In this document: positions 48,669 to 59,419 of the stretch, in pieces
Layout: each line of letters starts with the position of its first letter
How positions within the stretch are numbered: position 1 is the stretch's first letter
Source of the DNA: Tricharina praecox
Lineage: Eukaryota
Assembly: GCF_024521635.1 (NCBI RefSeq)
Contig: NW_026250414.1
Location: 496,001-560,000 of the forward strand
Reading direction: 5' to 3'
DNA: 64,000 nt
The notes under the pieces: generated by a model
What the model saw: only the letters and a program-made list of their open reading frames with translations
What the model was told of the DNA's origin: nothing
The model's database searches: none
Translations under genes and position numbers: made by a program

Positions 48669-49117
48669 TAGGGTTGCATGATCCAAGCATCCTTTTGCTT
48701 TGTGGTTTCTTCTCGAACATTTTGAGCTTTGTCTTTTTGCGTTGGACGTTGATGTTGTTGTTGCTGCTGCTATGAGTATACCAGTTGAATTCAGTTTGAA
48801 GTCTGTGATTTTTGGTGAGAAAGCATACTTATGGGATTCCCCTTTTGTTCATTCTTCATTTTGGATCGTTTTTGGAATGCGGGTCAATCATTAATCGTCT
48901 GTCTATTCGTATCTGTCTGTACTGGAGCAAGCGCGTGCGCAATGGGCTAATTTGTTCTGTCGGTGGTTGTATTTGGGATTGATTGATGCAACTTTATTCT
49001 TTATTTTCTTTCTTTAACTCTGGAAGAGAGATAACAATGACAACAATGCCAGTGGTAAATATTGCCGCCTGTAGACGCCGACTGATTGTGTCTTCCGGGC
49101 GAGAGGTGGTGATGGCC

Positions 49118-49790
49118 TTCTTTTTGTTTCATCATATTGCATTCGACCGTTTTCGATCACGACAAGTCATGCGCATTTGATCCCATATCCGAGTCCCACT
49201 CAGCACTTTCACCTGCTCAGCCCTCGAAGCATATCCGCATCCCGCGTCTCCGCCAGCATGGGTACAATGAAAGAGGAAATACAAAGGAAATACAAAGGAA
49301 ATACAAAGGAAATACAAAGGAAATTCGCACTTACACTCTTTCTCCCAGGTATTCCTCCATGGGTGACGGCTCCCTCTTCTCCCGGAGCCCTCCTGCCGAC
49401 ACCCGTGTGCCCGAGGAAGTGAAGTATAGGCAGCTAGACTACAACCTCTGCTCGGATAGCTGAACCTCGACTTTCCGTTTCTTCCGGCTTCGTCCTCCTT
49501 CTGAGCTTCGGCCCATAGAATCACTGTTCCGGCTTCCATGTCACACACTCCTTAAAGAGCTGTTCCGGGGTTTCTTGGCATTCCGCCGTTCACGCCACCA
49601 ATATCGCCCGCTGCGTCGTTTGCCGATTTTCCGCGACTGCAGCGCCGTGAGAGTATGGCCCGTCTTGAGCTGGTGGTACCGAGACGCAACTGTCCTGTGG
49701 GCTTTGGCCGGTATCAGATCCGTCCGTTGCTTCTGTGGCCAATACACGTGACGCTTCCTCATGCGAGTTTCCATACATCTGCATGCTCGG
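49118..49790 (-). mobile_element. Decayed LINE 3' fragment with internal (GAAATACAAAG)n repeat in its UTR
   Basis: Minus strand reads PAKAHRTVASRYHQLKTGH...YWW..., EQLFKECVTWK...ILWAE; ends TTGTCGTGATCGAAAACGGTCGAATGCAATATGATGAAACAAAAA, matching the 6345-copy terminus. 11-mer tandem repeat at ~49275-49324. Confidence 0.8.
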
Positions 49791-50286
49791 GTGGTGGTTT
49801 TGGTTCTGTGTGATCATACTCGTGCTCAGCTGATCTAAACTATAGCGATGCTCAAGAGGCGGCGAGTGGCCCCCGCATGCTCGCTGTGAGTGAGAAGCTG
49901 TGAACTCTTTCGACCTTGTCCTGGAGTCTGGACGGTGATGGCGATCAGCAGCACCTCCCCACTCATCCGACCCCACATGACAGGGTCCAAGTTTAGCCGG
50001 AAGCTGCAGGACAAAGAAATTCGTTCGTTTGGCTTCGTCTTTTGCTGCTATCTTCCACGCGGCTTATTTTAGTGGGGGGACAAGACAGCACGGAATTGCA
50101 GAGTGGTGGAATACTCGACTCGACTAGCGCCCTTTTGATCCCCGCTCCAGTGGAACACGCAAAATTTCTTTTCTTCCACACAGGTTTTTTTTTCGCAACT
50201 CGGGTTTTTCGTCCTCTTTCCTCCCTTCCCATAACAACCCTTCCGTCTCCCTCCCAATTCCACCCCCCCACATCACATACACAACA

Positions 50287-51793
50287 ATGGCCGCCGCTTC
50301 CCGTACCATCTCCAGGGCTCTCCGCTCCAACCTCTCCCGCCAGGTCGTCCCCGTCGTCCAGAAGCGCGGCCTCGTGGTTGCTGCTACTGCCGCTAGGGCC
50401 ACCGTTGCTGCTGTCCCTCGCTTGGGAAACCAGACTCGGGGTGTTAAGACCATTGACTTTGCTGGAACAAAGGAGGTCGTTTACGGTGAGTGCGATTGAT
50501 GCGATTGAGTCGATGTGATGGTTACTGATGGTAGCTTGCAGAGCGCTCTGACTGGCCTCTGGAGAAAATCCAGGTGAGTCATACATCGCGACTACTACGG
50601 ATTGAGTGAATTGAAACTAAACAATTGTTTCTTTGGATGAGTAGGACTACTTCAAGAATGACACACTTGCGTTGATCGGCTACGGATCCCAGGGTGAGTC
50701 GCAATCGCGTTGATTGATGCGCGATCACATGGTTGACACGCTGCAGGTCACGGCCAGGGTCTCAACCTCCGCGACAACGGCCTCAACGTCATCATCGGAG
50801 TCCGTAAGAACGGAGCTTCGTGGAACGAGGCCATCCAGGACGGCTGGGTCCCCGGCAAGAACCTCTTCGAGATGGACGAGGCTATCTCCCGCGGAACCAT
50901 CGTCATGAACCTTCTCTCCGACGCCGCCCAGTCTGAGACTTGGCCCGCCATCAAGCCCCAGCTCAAGGGAAAGACTCTCTACTTCTCCCACGGCTTCTCC
51001 CCCGTCTTCAAGGACCTCACCAAGGTCGAGGTTCCCTCGGACATCGATGTCATCCTTGTCGCCCCTAAGGGATCTGGCCGTACCGTCCGCTCCCTTTTCA
51101 AGGCCGGAAAGGGTATCAACTCTTCCATCGCTGTCTGGCAGGATGTCACCGGTAAGGCTCAGGAGAAGGCCATTGCCCTCGGTGTCGCCGTTGGCTCTGG
51201 TTACCTCTACGAGACTACCTTCCAGAAGGAGGTCTACTCCGACCTGATGGGTGAGCGTGTAAGTCTTTCCTCTGGCTCCGTCGATGGATAAGTTCGTCGT
51301 ACTGATGACAATAGGGTTCTCTCATGGGTGGTATCCACGGTATGTTCCTCGCCCAGTACGAGGTTCTCCGTGAGCGGGGCCACACCCCCTCTGAGGCTTT
51401 CAACGAGACCGTCGAGGAGGCCACTCAGTCCCTCTACCCCCTGATCGGAAACGTAAGCTTCTTCTCCCTCCGTCACCCACCTACCTGCCCATATTAACAT
51501 GCGCACAGTACGGAATGGACTGGATGTTCGCCGCCTGCTCCACCACCGCCCGCCGTGGTGCGCTCGACTGGACCAACAAGTTCAAGTCGGCCATCAAGCC
51601 CGTGATGAACGACCTGTACGACTCGGTCGCCAACGGTTCCGAGACCCAGCGCTCGCTCGACTACAACTCTGCCGCCGACTACCGTGCCAAGTACGAGACC
51701 GAGCTCGAGGAGATCCGAAACATGGAGATCTGGCGCGCCGGAAAGGCCGTGAGGAGCCTGCGTCCTGAGAACCAGGGACAGGAGCAGAAATAA
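50287..51793 (+). CDS. ILV5: Mitochondrial ketol-acid reductoisomerase
   Basis: Arg-rich presequence, KTIDFAG, LALIGYGSQGHGQGLNLRDNG, FSHGFS, VAPKGSG, EVYSDLMGERG, ACSTTARRGALDW; five introns. Confidence 0.97.
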
Positions 51794-52797
51794 ATTTGTT
51801 CGTGTGGCGCGTTTAATGAAGGGTATGGGTACGAGGGCAATGTCGTGTAAATTATATGCTTGTTTGTGATCTGATGTGATGTGAGGCGGTGGATGGGTCG
51901 GTGGATGGATGGGAAAAGTTTTGGGTTTTTCCTTCCTACTTACTTGCTACCTGCCTGGCCATGACCGCGTGATGTGCTGTGATGTGCTGTGCTGTGAGAC
52001 TTGATATTTCCAACGTCAAAATGGAATGTCGTCACTCGGAAGTGGTAATTGCGCTAAGCAGGCGATGACTCTGGCCGGTTGTGAGTCAAGACAAAGTCTA
52101 TACGATCCAGCCGCGGAGCGCTAAACGCGGCCCTCTATTAATTAGCAGCTGTCCGAGACCACAATCCGAACGGAGAGTCAATAGAGTAGCAGCTTGAAAG
52201 CTGGGAGTGTAAACACACCGCGGTAGCCTCGCAGGTAGTTAGCCAAATACCTACCTACTTCAGGATCAAAACTCCCCACGCCACACCCACCAATACACAC
52301 AGCCCGAGCACCATTCTCGCCCGATACTAGCTACTTGCCTACCTATACACTCGTAACAATAACAACAATAGCAACAATAACAACAAATAGGCCGACCCAT
52401 CCCACCGTCCCCCCGCAGCGGTACGTCTGAATCAGGAAATCCGGATACAGGGAGCGCGACTAGGCCGGGCCAGTCCGCGATTTGGCTTATAGGTAGCTTA
52501 TGTACTGGGTGCAAGGGTAAGTGGTGCCTCACCTTGCGCTGATAATTCGTGATAATGGTGAGGCACGACTTATTGGGTGTTCCTAGTACCTATGGCTTAT
52601 GTACAGTCAGTAGAGTACCTATGGCTCGTATGGCTCGTGGGCTCGTGTGCGCTGGAGTGATTGCTGTTGATCAGAGCTTCGTATTACCTATATCTACAGC
52701 ATAACTACCTGAAGTGTGTATCGTTCATATCTACGACATAAATACTCGAGTATTAAAGTAGGAGCTAGTAGTAGTGAACGGAGCAAAAAGAAATTGA

Positions 52798-52871
52798 TGA
52801 TTTCACCCAGGCTCGATCTGGGGACCTTGTGTGTGTTAGACACATGTGATAACCAACTACACCATGAAACC
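52798..52871 (-). tRNA. tRNA-Val (AAC), intronless
   Basis: GGTTTCA..TGAAATC-A acceptor stem, A-box TGGTGTAGTTGG, anticodon arm TGTGT-CT-AAC-AC-ACACA, T arm CCCAG/CTGGG, downstream TTTTT Pol III terminator. Confidence 0.93.
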
Positions 52872-53091
52872 GTCTGTTCACCTTTGTGTAAGTCTATTTA
52901 GAATTATCACTGTTGAGTATATGAATAATTATCAGAGCTCTAGGTATAATGCAATGTAATGTATGCTACCAAATCAAACAAATCAAACAAGTGAACTCCC
53001 AACCAAAGTCTACGCCGAACACCCAACCTTTCCCATAACCAACCCTCCATCACTCCGCAAATCCCAATTACCCCAGTTATGTAGGTAACAA

Positions 53092-54569
53092 CTATGTAGC
53101 CCCCTCAACCACCCCCGCCAACCACGCCAGCCCCTCGCGCACCTCCACGCCCTCGCCCTTCCCCTGGTGCTCAAACCTCCTCAGATGTTTCAGGCAGGCC
53201 TTAACATGCGGTAATATCCTATTCCCGAAGACCCTTCCCTCCGCCATGACCGCGGTCCTGACCATTCTTAGACTCTGCAGCCCCTCGTCGAGCCCCGCAA
53301 GTTTCCGCAGGTGCGCGTGGATCACTGGGTCCACGCTGAATGAGCGGTTGAACGTCTCTGGCCGGATGAGCCGGTACGAGGTGAGTGTGCCGAGGAGACG
53401 GGTGAGTGTCGTCGGGTCCTGTGCGGACGAAGAGCGCTGGAGTAAAACGTGCGGGATGTGCGAGTGGTGGAGGTGGCTGCATGTGAGAAGTAGTGCCGCT
53501 GCGGGGTAGGAGGCCCGTTGAAGGGCTGCGAAGGTTACTTCGAAGGCGGATAGTAATGGGCTGAGACCTTTCCCTGTGGTCTGCAGGAGGGATATGTACT
53601 CCTCTGCGCTGACGTCGTGGAGCGCGATGTAGGTGCCGGCAAGCTCTAGTGCGGGGAAGGAGGTGGCGAGGGTCGAGACGATGGTGTGTGCGGAGGGGGA
53701 GGTGGGGCATAGTGTGCCTGAGGAGTTTCGGAGGAGGAAGTCGAGTGCTTCACGGTGGTTGAAGGCGTAGCCACTGTGGAAGTCTTCGAGTTCGAGTTTG
53801 TTGAGCATGTGGTCTGCGTAGTGGCGCATGGCCTGCGAGGTGGGATTGGAGTGGCTTCTTTTGTGGCTTTGTTTTGTGGGTGGAGTTGTCGTGCTTGCAG
53901 GAGGATCTTCATGTTGCTGCATGGCGGGGATCGGTATTGGGGGACGTGCCCCCGCTGCCCCCGCTGCCGCCGCCGACGGATATGAGCTCCCCTCTGCAGC
54001 GTACTCCTCCGTTTCACCCTCCGGCCCACTATATCTCGGCGTGCAATATTCCACACCCTTGGGTGTAGGAGGGACTTTTCCACAAGTCAGCCCAGTCCGC
54101 CCAGCAAAAATCGACAAAACTTACGATCTTCCTCGGCCTCTTCCCTCCACGCACCCAGTCTCTCCATCCTCACCACCCTCCCATTCAAAAACACCTGAGT
54201 ATCTTTCCCCTCCACACTCCTCTTGCGCCTCTTTGCCGCAATCCACTCCCTCACATCGTGCTTAACATTCTTCTCAAGCTTGTACTTCGTAATGAAGCGT
54301 TTGTACTGCGCATCACTATTATCCCAACAGGTTAGTAACATATTCCTTTTTTCTCATTTTTTGATGGGGTGGGGGGGAGATTGGCAAGGGACGCACGTAG
54401 CGCGGAACCCGTATTCACGGGCCATGATATCCTTGATCTGCCAGAGCTTGAGGTCTCTGACCAGATAGAGCGTCTTGATCAATTCGTAATGGGCCTCCCA
54501 TTCCAGCGTGGTATGTTGGCGGCCCGAGAAGGTTCCCCACGAGGCGGTGACTGTAGGTGGAGGGTTCAT
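53092..54569 (-). CDS. Clr5-domain protein with C-terminal NB-ARC-like helical/winged-helix remnant
   Basis: Exon 1 WEAHYELIKTLYL..LKLWQIKDIMAREYGFRAT and exon 2 AQYKRFITKYKLEKN form the Clr5 domain; PPTPKGVEYCTP follows; two GT-AG introns restore frame. Confidence 0.8.
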
Positions 54570-55730
54570 TCCGGCTGTTTTTGCAAAAATGGAATGAATC
54601 GGGAATAGCCAAGATATAGAGAGAAGGGGGAAGGAAGAAGAAGAGAGACAGAGAGAGAGAGAGATGAAGAGAAAAGGTCCGACGGTGCCCCTTAAGACCT
54701 CCTCGTCCCTCGGTGTGGCCCACTCGCCATAGATAAAGCGGGTGCACAGTTGGGCGGAAAGTTTTCTGCATGATAAACCCGGCGTGGGGGGATCATGCAA
54801 ACTCCTACAAGTTGCCTGCATCAGGTTGCGGGGGGGTTGAGGTATTCCTTCCTCCCACCACCACCACCCACGCGGGATGGATGATAGTTAGAGTGGGCGG
54901 TGTATGTAGTTACTCTATCTAGAGTTAGGCCGTGATGGGAGTTAGAGTAGGGATGCGGGATGCGGGCCTGCCTGCGGGATGACGCTACATCATTCGCCAC
55001 GAACCCCCACCCCCCCACCCTCCACCCACCCCTTGGATCCCGGGTGAGTGCGATGCGAGCGCGGGTGGGGTTTCAGATGCATTGGGCCGGTGGCGCTCGC
55101 CGATACCTAAGCACTTCGTTACTTATCTACGTTCCATTTTTCGTCAAGTCTGGAACCGTCGTGGAACGCAGACGTGTGCAGTGCGTATAGGTAGGTGGGA
55201 TCACGTGCGTGGGTTGGCAGAGTGATGTTCCATGCATCGGGTTGGGAGGATGGGGTCGCCCTGTTGGCTTTTGCTTTTGTCGGCACATGTGGACATACTT
55301 CATAATTGTAAGAGCATATACCTCTGCCCTTGCGATATCTTTCCGATGAGAGAGATTCGGTTGGACTTTGCTGCCGCGGGCGTTTGGCTCCACGCGAGAC
55401 AGTGCTAACCGTATGCATTGTTGCATATATAGCAGGGCTATGGTATTTCGAATCTGCGACGAGAAATGATTGGTCATGGGCTGCACCCAAATACCCGGAG
55501 GCAGCACCTCTATCTCTCCAAAACACAGTGGGGCAAGTCGTATGGCGTGCATCGTCTTTGCTGACGCCACATAGGGAGTGATACCTAATGTTCATCCGGC
55601 GGTTGCCAGATACTTGCGCCAATTAGTGCGAGTAATCGCCGCGAAGTCACAGGTAGCAGTGCATTCATTATCGTACCGATTAGATCTCCCCAAACAGTCT
55701 CATTGTATTTTTACCCCACATCCCCACCTA

Positions 55731-57881
55731 TTAAGCAGCCCCCTTCCCTCGTGGTTTCTTAACCGTCTTTTGATTCCAGTTCTTCCTCTTCTTCAGCTCC
55801 TTCATATCCGGTCCATCACCACCTTCGCGTTTCCTCTTCGATTTCGCCAGCTCCTTCTGCGCACCTGTGGGTTTCTTCCCCTTGACCCCCTTCGGCTCGC
55901 GCACAACGCCAGCCTTGGCCTCCTCCCGCCTCTTCTCGCCCACCTCTCTTGAGCGGGTTTCATTCTCCTTGCGGCGGTTGACGACTTTGGCGTTCTCAAT
56001 GGCGAACTCAACGATAAGCCGCTTCTTCTTCTCGATATCCGGAGCGGCAAGACGACGACGTGGCTCAGCACCCTCCTCATCCTGCGGCACACCAGGAATG
56101 AGCTGGCCGTTCATGTACCGTAGTCCCATGAGTGCGTAGCGATGGCTCCAGTACTCGACGAATCCGTAGCCCCTGGATCGCCCGCCCATCTTCTCGAGCT
56201 GGACTTTCGCCTGCTTGACGACACCGAGCCCCTTTGTTCTTCGCTGCTCCTCGGCATCCTTCCCCTCGCCGCCGTCGCGGTAGAGTTCTTCTTTGCTGAG
56301 TGCGGCGCGAAGTCCGGATTTCATGTCCTCCGCGAAGCCTGGGATGGCTTTACGAGCAATCTGCTTGAGGTCTTTGGAGGTGACCCAGCGCGGAAGGTTG
56401 CGGATCGAGAGGCGGGTGAGGGAGAGATGGAGGTTGGGGTCGGCTTGGAGGAGTTTTCGGCGCTGCTCGCGGGATTGGTCGCGGAGGAGGCGCTCGGAGG
56501 GGCTGAGTTTTTTCCAGGCCGGGGAGGAGGCGGGAATCATTCCTTCGTTGATCAGATAGAGGCGGCGTTTGTCGTTGTTGGTCTTCTCACGGTTCTTCGC
56601 GGCGCTGGAGGCGAGCTCGTCGGCTTGGTTGCGGTCCACGGCCCGGGAGAGGGCGAGGATGCGGCCGTCGAGCGTGTACTTTCCGTCAGGGTCGAGGGCT
56701 TCCGATTGAAGCAGCGAAGGCCGGCTTTCAGCTGCGGTGATGCGTGGCGCATCGCGGAGAACGTCGGCGGCGATGTCGGGGTTGTAGAAACAGACGAAGC
56801 CGGTGCCCTTTGGCCGGTCCGTTGCGTGGTCGATCACGACACGGGAGTAATGCACTGGTCCGAATTGTGTGAAGTGCTTGTAGAGGGAGTCGTCGGTAGC
56901 CGAGTAGGGGAGGTTGCGTATGAAGAGAGTGGTGGTGGAGTCGGTAGGTGGCCGGTCTTCGTCGTCGTCCTCATCATCCTCGTCGTCTTCATCCTCATCC
57001 ATTTCGTCGTCCTCGTTTTCGGCATCAGAACCCTCCTCCTCGTCATCGTCTTCAATATCCACACCCCCGTCCACGTCCTCGTCCTCCTCCTGGTCGTCGT
57101 CGTCGTCGTCCTCTTCCTCCACTTCATCTTTGACAGCCGCAGGCTCCTCATCCTTTCGCGCCTTTTCCCACTCCTCTTTCTCAACCGCCCAATCAACAGC
57201 CACAGTCCTCCCCTCAATCTCAGTTCCATTGGTCGCCTCAATCGCTCTCTCCGCATTCTTGTACCCCTTCATGGTAACAAACGCAAACCCGGACATCTCA
57301 CCATTCCTCTTCTTGGGGATAATGACATCCTTCACCTTTCCGTAGCTCTGGAAGTACTTGAGCAACTGCTCGGGCTTCTGCACGCTCCACGGCAGATTGC
57401 GAATGATCAAGCGCGGACTCCTCCTCTTTCCCTCCTCCTCCTCCACCTTTTTCGGTCTCGAGGTACCCGTCGTCGGCAAGGGGAGTTTATTCTCCTTCGT
57501 CTTCTCCTCCGCACCGGGCTTCGCGCCCTTGGCAGCTTCTCTCCTCCTGGGCTCCGCGAGCTCAACCTTCATCTTCCGCCCCTCGAAGTCGGCCCCATTG
57601 AGCTGCTGTATCGCCTTCAGCGCATCCTCCGCGTCCGCGAACGTGACGAACCCGAATCCGCGCGACTCCTTCGACGACGGGTTGACAACGACCGTCGCAT
57701 GCTTGATCGGTGCCACGAACGAGAACTTCTCCGACAGCAGCGCGCTGGTCACCGAGTAGTCCAGCGAGCGCACGAACAGCGTGCGCCGCTTCAGGATGTC
57801 CTGCTCGTGGCTTTTGACCGCCGTCTCGTGGTCCGTCGTCGTGCTCGCCGCTGCGGCGGTGGGTTTGGGGGTTTTCGCCAT
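55731..57881 (-). CDS. NOP4: Nucleolar multi-RRM ribosome biogenesis protein Nop4 (RBM28)
   Basis: Four RRMs (TLFVRSL/SRGFGFV, LIIRNLPW/GFAFV, LFIRNLP/KGTGFV, RLSIRNLP/SRGYGFVEY), acidic linker, DKRRLYLINEG and RLIVEFAIEN motifs; intronless. Confidence 0.93.
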   Translation of the reverse strand: MAKTPKPTAAAASTTTDHETAVKSHEQDILKRRTLFVRSLDYSVTSALLSEKFSFVAPIKHATVVVNPSSKESRGFGFVTFADAEDALKAIQQLNGADFEGRKMKVELAEPRRREAAKGAKPGAEEKTKENKLPLPTTGTSRPKKVEEEEGKRRSPRLIIRNLPWSVQKPEQLLKYFQSYGKVKDVIIPKKRNGEMSGFAFVTMKGYKNAERAIEATNGTEIEGRTVAVDWAVEKEEWEKARKDEEPAAVKDEVEEEDDDDDDQEEDEDVDGGVDIEDDDEEEGSDAENEDDEMDEDEDDEDDEDDDEDRPPTDSTTTLFIRNLPYSATDDSLYKHFTQFGPVHYSRVVIDHATDRPKGTGFVCFYNPDIAADVLRDAPRITAAESRPSLLQSEALDPDGKYTLDGRILALSRAVDRNQADELASSAAKNREKTNNDKRRLYLINEGMIPASSPAWKKLSPSERLLRDQSREQRRKLLQADPNLHLSLTRLSIRNLPRWVTSKDLKQIARKAIPGFAEDMKSGLRAALSKEELYRDGGEGKDAEEQRRTKGLGVVKQAKVQLEKMGGRSRGYGFVEYWSHRYALMGLRYMNGQLIPGVPQDEEGAEPRRRLAAPDIEKKKRLIVEFAIENAKVVNRRKENETRSREVGEKRREEAKAGVVREPKGVKGKKPTGAQKELAKSKRKREGGDGPDMKELKKRKNWNQKTVKKPRGKGAA

Positions 57882-58321
57882 GGTGTTCGAGGTGTGTAAA
57901 GGTGTGGTGGGTTGGTGGGGAGCGGAATTGAATTTCGCGCCTGAAAGTTTGTGAAAAATATCTCGCGGCGTACAAGCTTCCCTTGGCGGGGCGCTAGCTT
58001 CGGCGCTCACTCGCAGGGCTAGGCATTGCACCGTGGTGTGGGGGCCACGGGGATCGGGATGCCGTGTAACGCGGCGTAGCGGTTGTGGATCACACAATGG
58101 AGCACAATGGCATCATGTTCGATTTCACTTTGTTGGGCCCGTCGGGCTCATCGCACTCGTATCGGCTCTTTCTAACATGCCATCTATGGGGCCATTTTGT
58201 CTATGAAGAAGAAGAAAAGAAAGATGGAATAATCAAAAGAACAAGCAGAAGAAGAAGAAAGAATCCAGCCCATGCAAAACGCCATTACCCCCACACAAAA
58301 AGCAGAACCAACGCATGAAAA

Positions 58322-59419
58322 TCACGAACTCAGCAAATCCCGGACACTCATCCCGCGTCCGGACGTTGATGTCCTAAACCTCCACGCCGCCTCGTCCCGC
58401 CGCCCCTCATCGGCCAGCAGCAGCAACGCACCCGCCGTGGCTTCCAAGGGACTGTGCATTGGCGGCTGCGGCTGCGGGAATATCATGGGCGATATCGACG
58501 GAAGCCTTATGCCATGCGCGGGGGGTAGGGTGAAGAGCGGTGATGCGGCGGCAGAGTGGATGGGAGCAAAATCGGGGGACGTGGCGACCGACGACGGATT
58601 GGTGGTGTAGTTCGAAGTCGGGTAGTCCTCAGGCTGACTGTACCGTCGCTGCTGCTCCTGCAACAGGAACTGCATCTCCAATTGTTCCCGCTGCTGTCTC
58701 GCCAGCTCGTCCTCCCTCTCCAGCTCCCTCGTATCCTGGTCCGCATCCATATCGACATCATCCTCGTCCTCGTCCTCATCCTCCTCGCCGCTCTGGCTCC
58801 TTGGCGAAAACACCGGCGGCGCACAGCAATTCTGCACACCCGCCGCCTTCTGCAATTCCTTGAGGCAACCCTCCAGGTACCGCACGTACTCGATGCTCGC
58901 CTGCAGAATCGCCAGCTTGTGCATCTCGACCCCCTTGCCGCACGCGGGCACAAGATTCTTGAGCGTTTCGAACTCGGCATTCATCTTCGATCGCCGTCGC
59001 CGCTCGATGAGGCTGTGCGCGGTTTTCCGCGCGACCTTGCGCGAGGTGCTGGCGGCCGAGTTCGGCGATGTCGTTGTCGACGTCTTTGCAGCGGCGGTCT
59101 TGGCTTTCGTCGCTGGCGTTTTGGATTTTGTGGTGGTGGGGGTTGTGGTTGTGGTAGTGGTGGATGTGCTGCTGCTCCCCGAACTCGGAGGGGACGAGGA
59201 TGGCCCAGGGTTCATCTGGATTATCTTGCGGGTGCGCGTGGGTGGTGGGGGGAGAGTCACGGGCGCTGCATGTGTTGCGCCCGTGGCCGAGCCGGGTGCC
59301 CGCCGCTTTTTTCCGCGGGATGTCGAGACAGGTGCAGATGCGGGCTCTGCTGCTGCGAGAGCTGGCGGTGGAAGCGTGAACGTGAGCACGGCGCTCGATT
59401 GGGACTGTTGCGTGGCCAT
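58322..59419 (-). CDS. bHLH transcription factor
   Basis: RKTAHSLIERRRRSKMN...LKNLVPAC...MHKLAILQASIEYVRYLE basic-HLH; LPPPPTRTRKIIQM upstream; ALLLL and C-terminal GMSVRDLL short motifs. Confidence 0.9.
   Translation of the reverse strand: MATQQSQSSAVLTFTLPPPALAAAEPASAPVSTSRGKKRRAPGSATGATHAAPVTLPPPPTRTRKIIQMNPGPSSSPPSSGSSSTSTTTTTTTPTTTKSKTPATKAKTAAAKTSTTTSPNSAASTSRKVARKTAHSLIERRRRSKMNAEFETLKNLVPACGKGVEMHKLAILQASIEYVRYLEGCLKELQKAAGVQNCCAPPVFSPRSQSGEEDEDEDEDDVDMDADQDTRELEREDELARQQREQLEMQFLLQEQQRRYSQPEDYPTSNYTTNPSSVATSPDFAPIHSAAASPLFTLPPAHGIRLPSISPMIFPQPQPPMHSPLEATAGALLLLADEGRRDEAAWRFRTSTSGRGMSVRDLLSS

Noticed and set aside
56142..57899. 585-aa plus-strand ORF antisense to NOP4 (and similar antisense ORFs over MRC1, GLE1, WDR7, bHLH)
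   Set aside because: Shadow ORFs from GC-rich codon bias of the real gene; no recognisable motifs.
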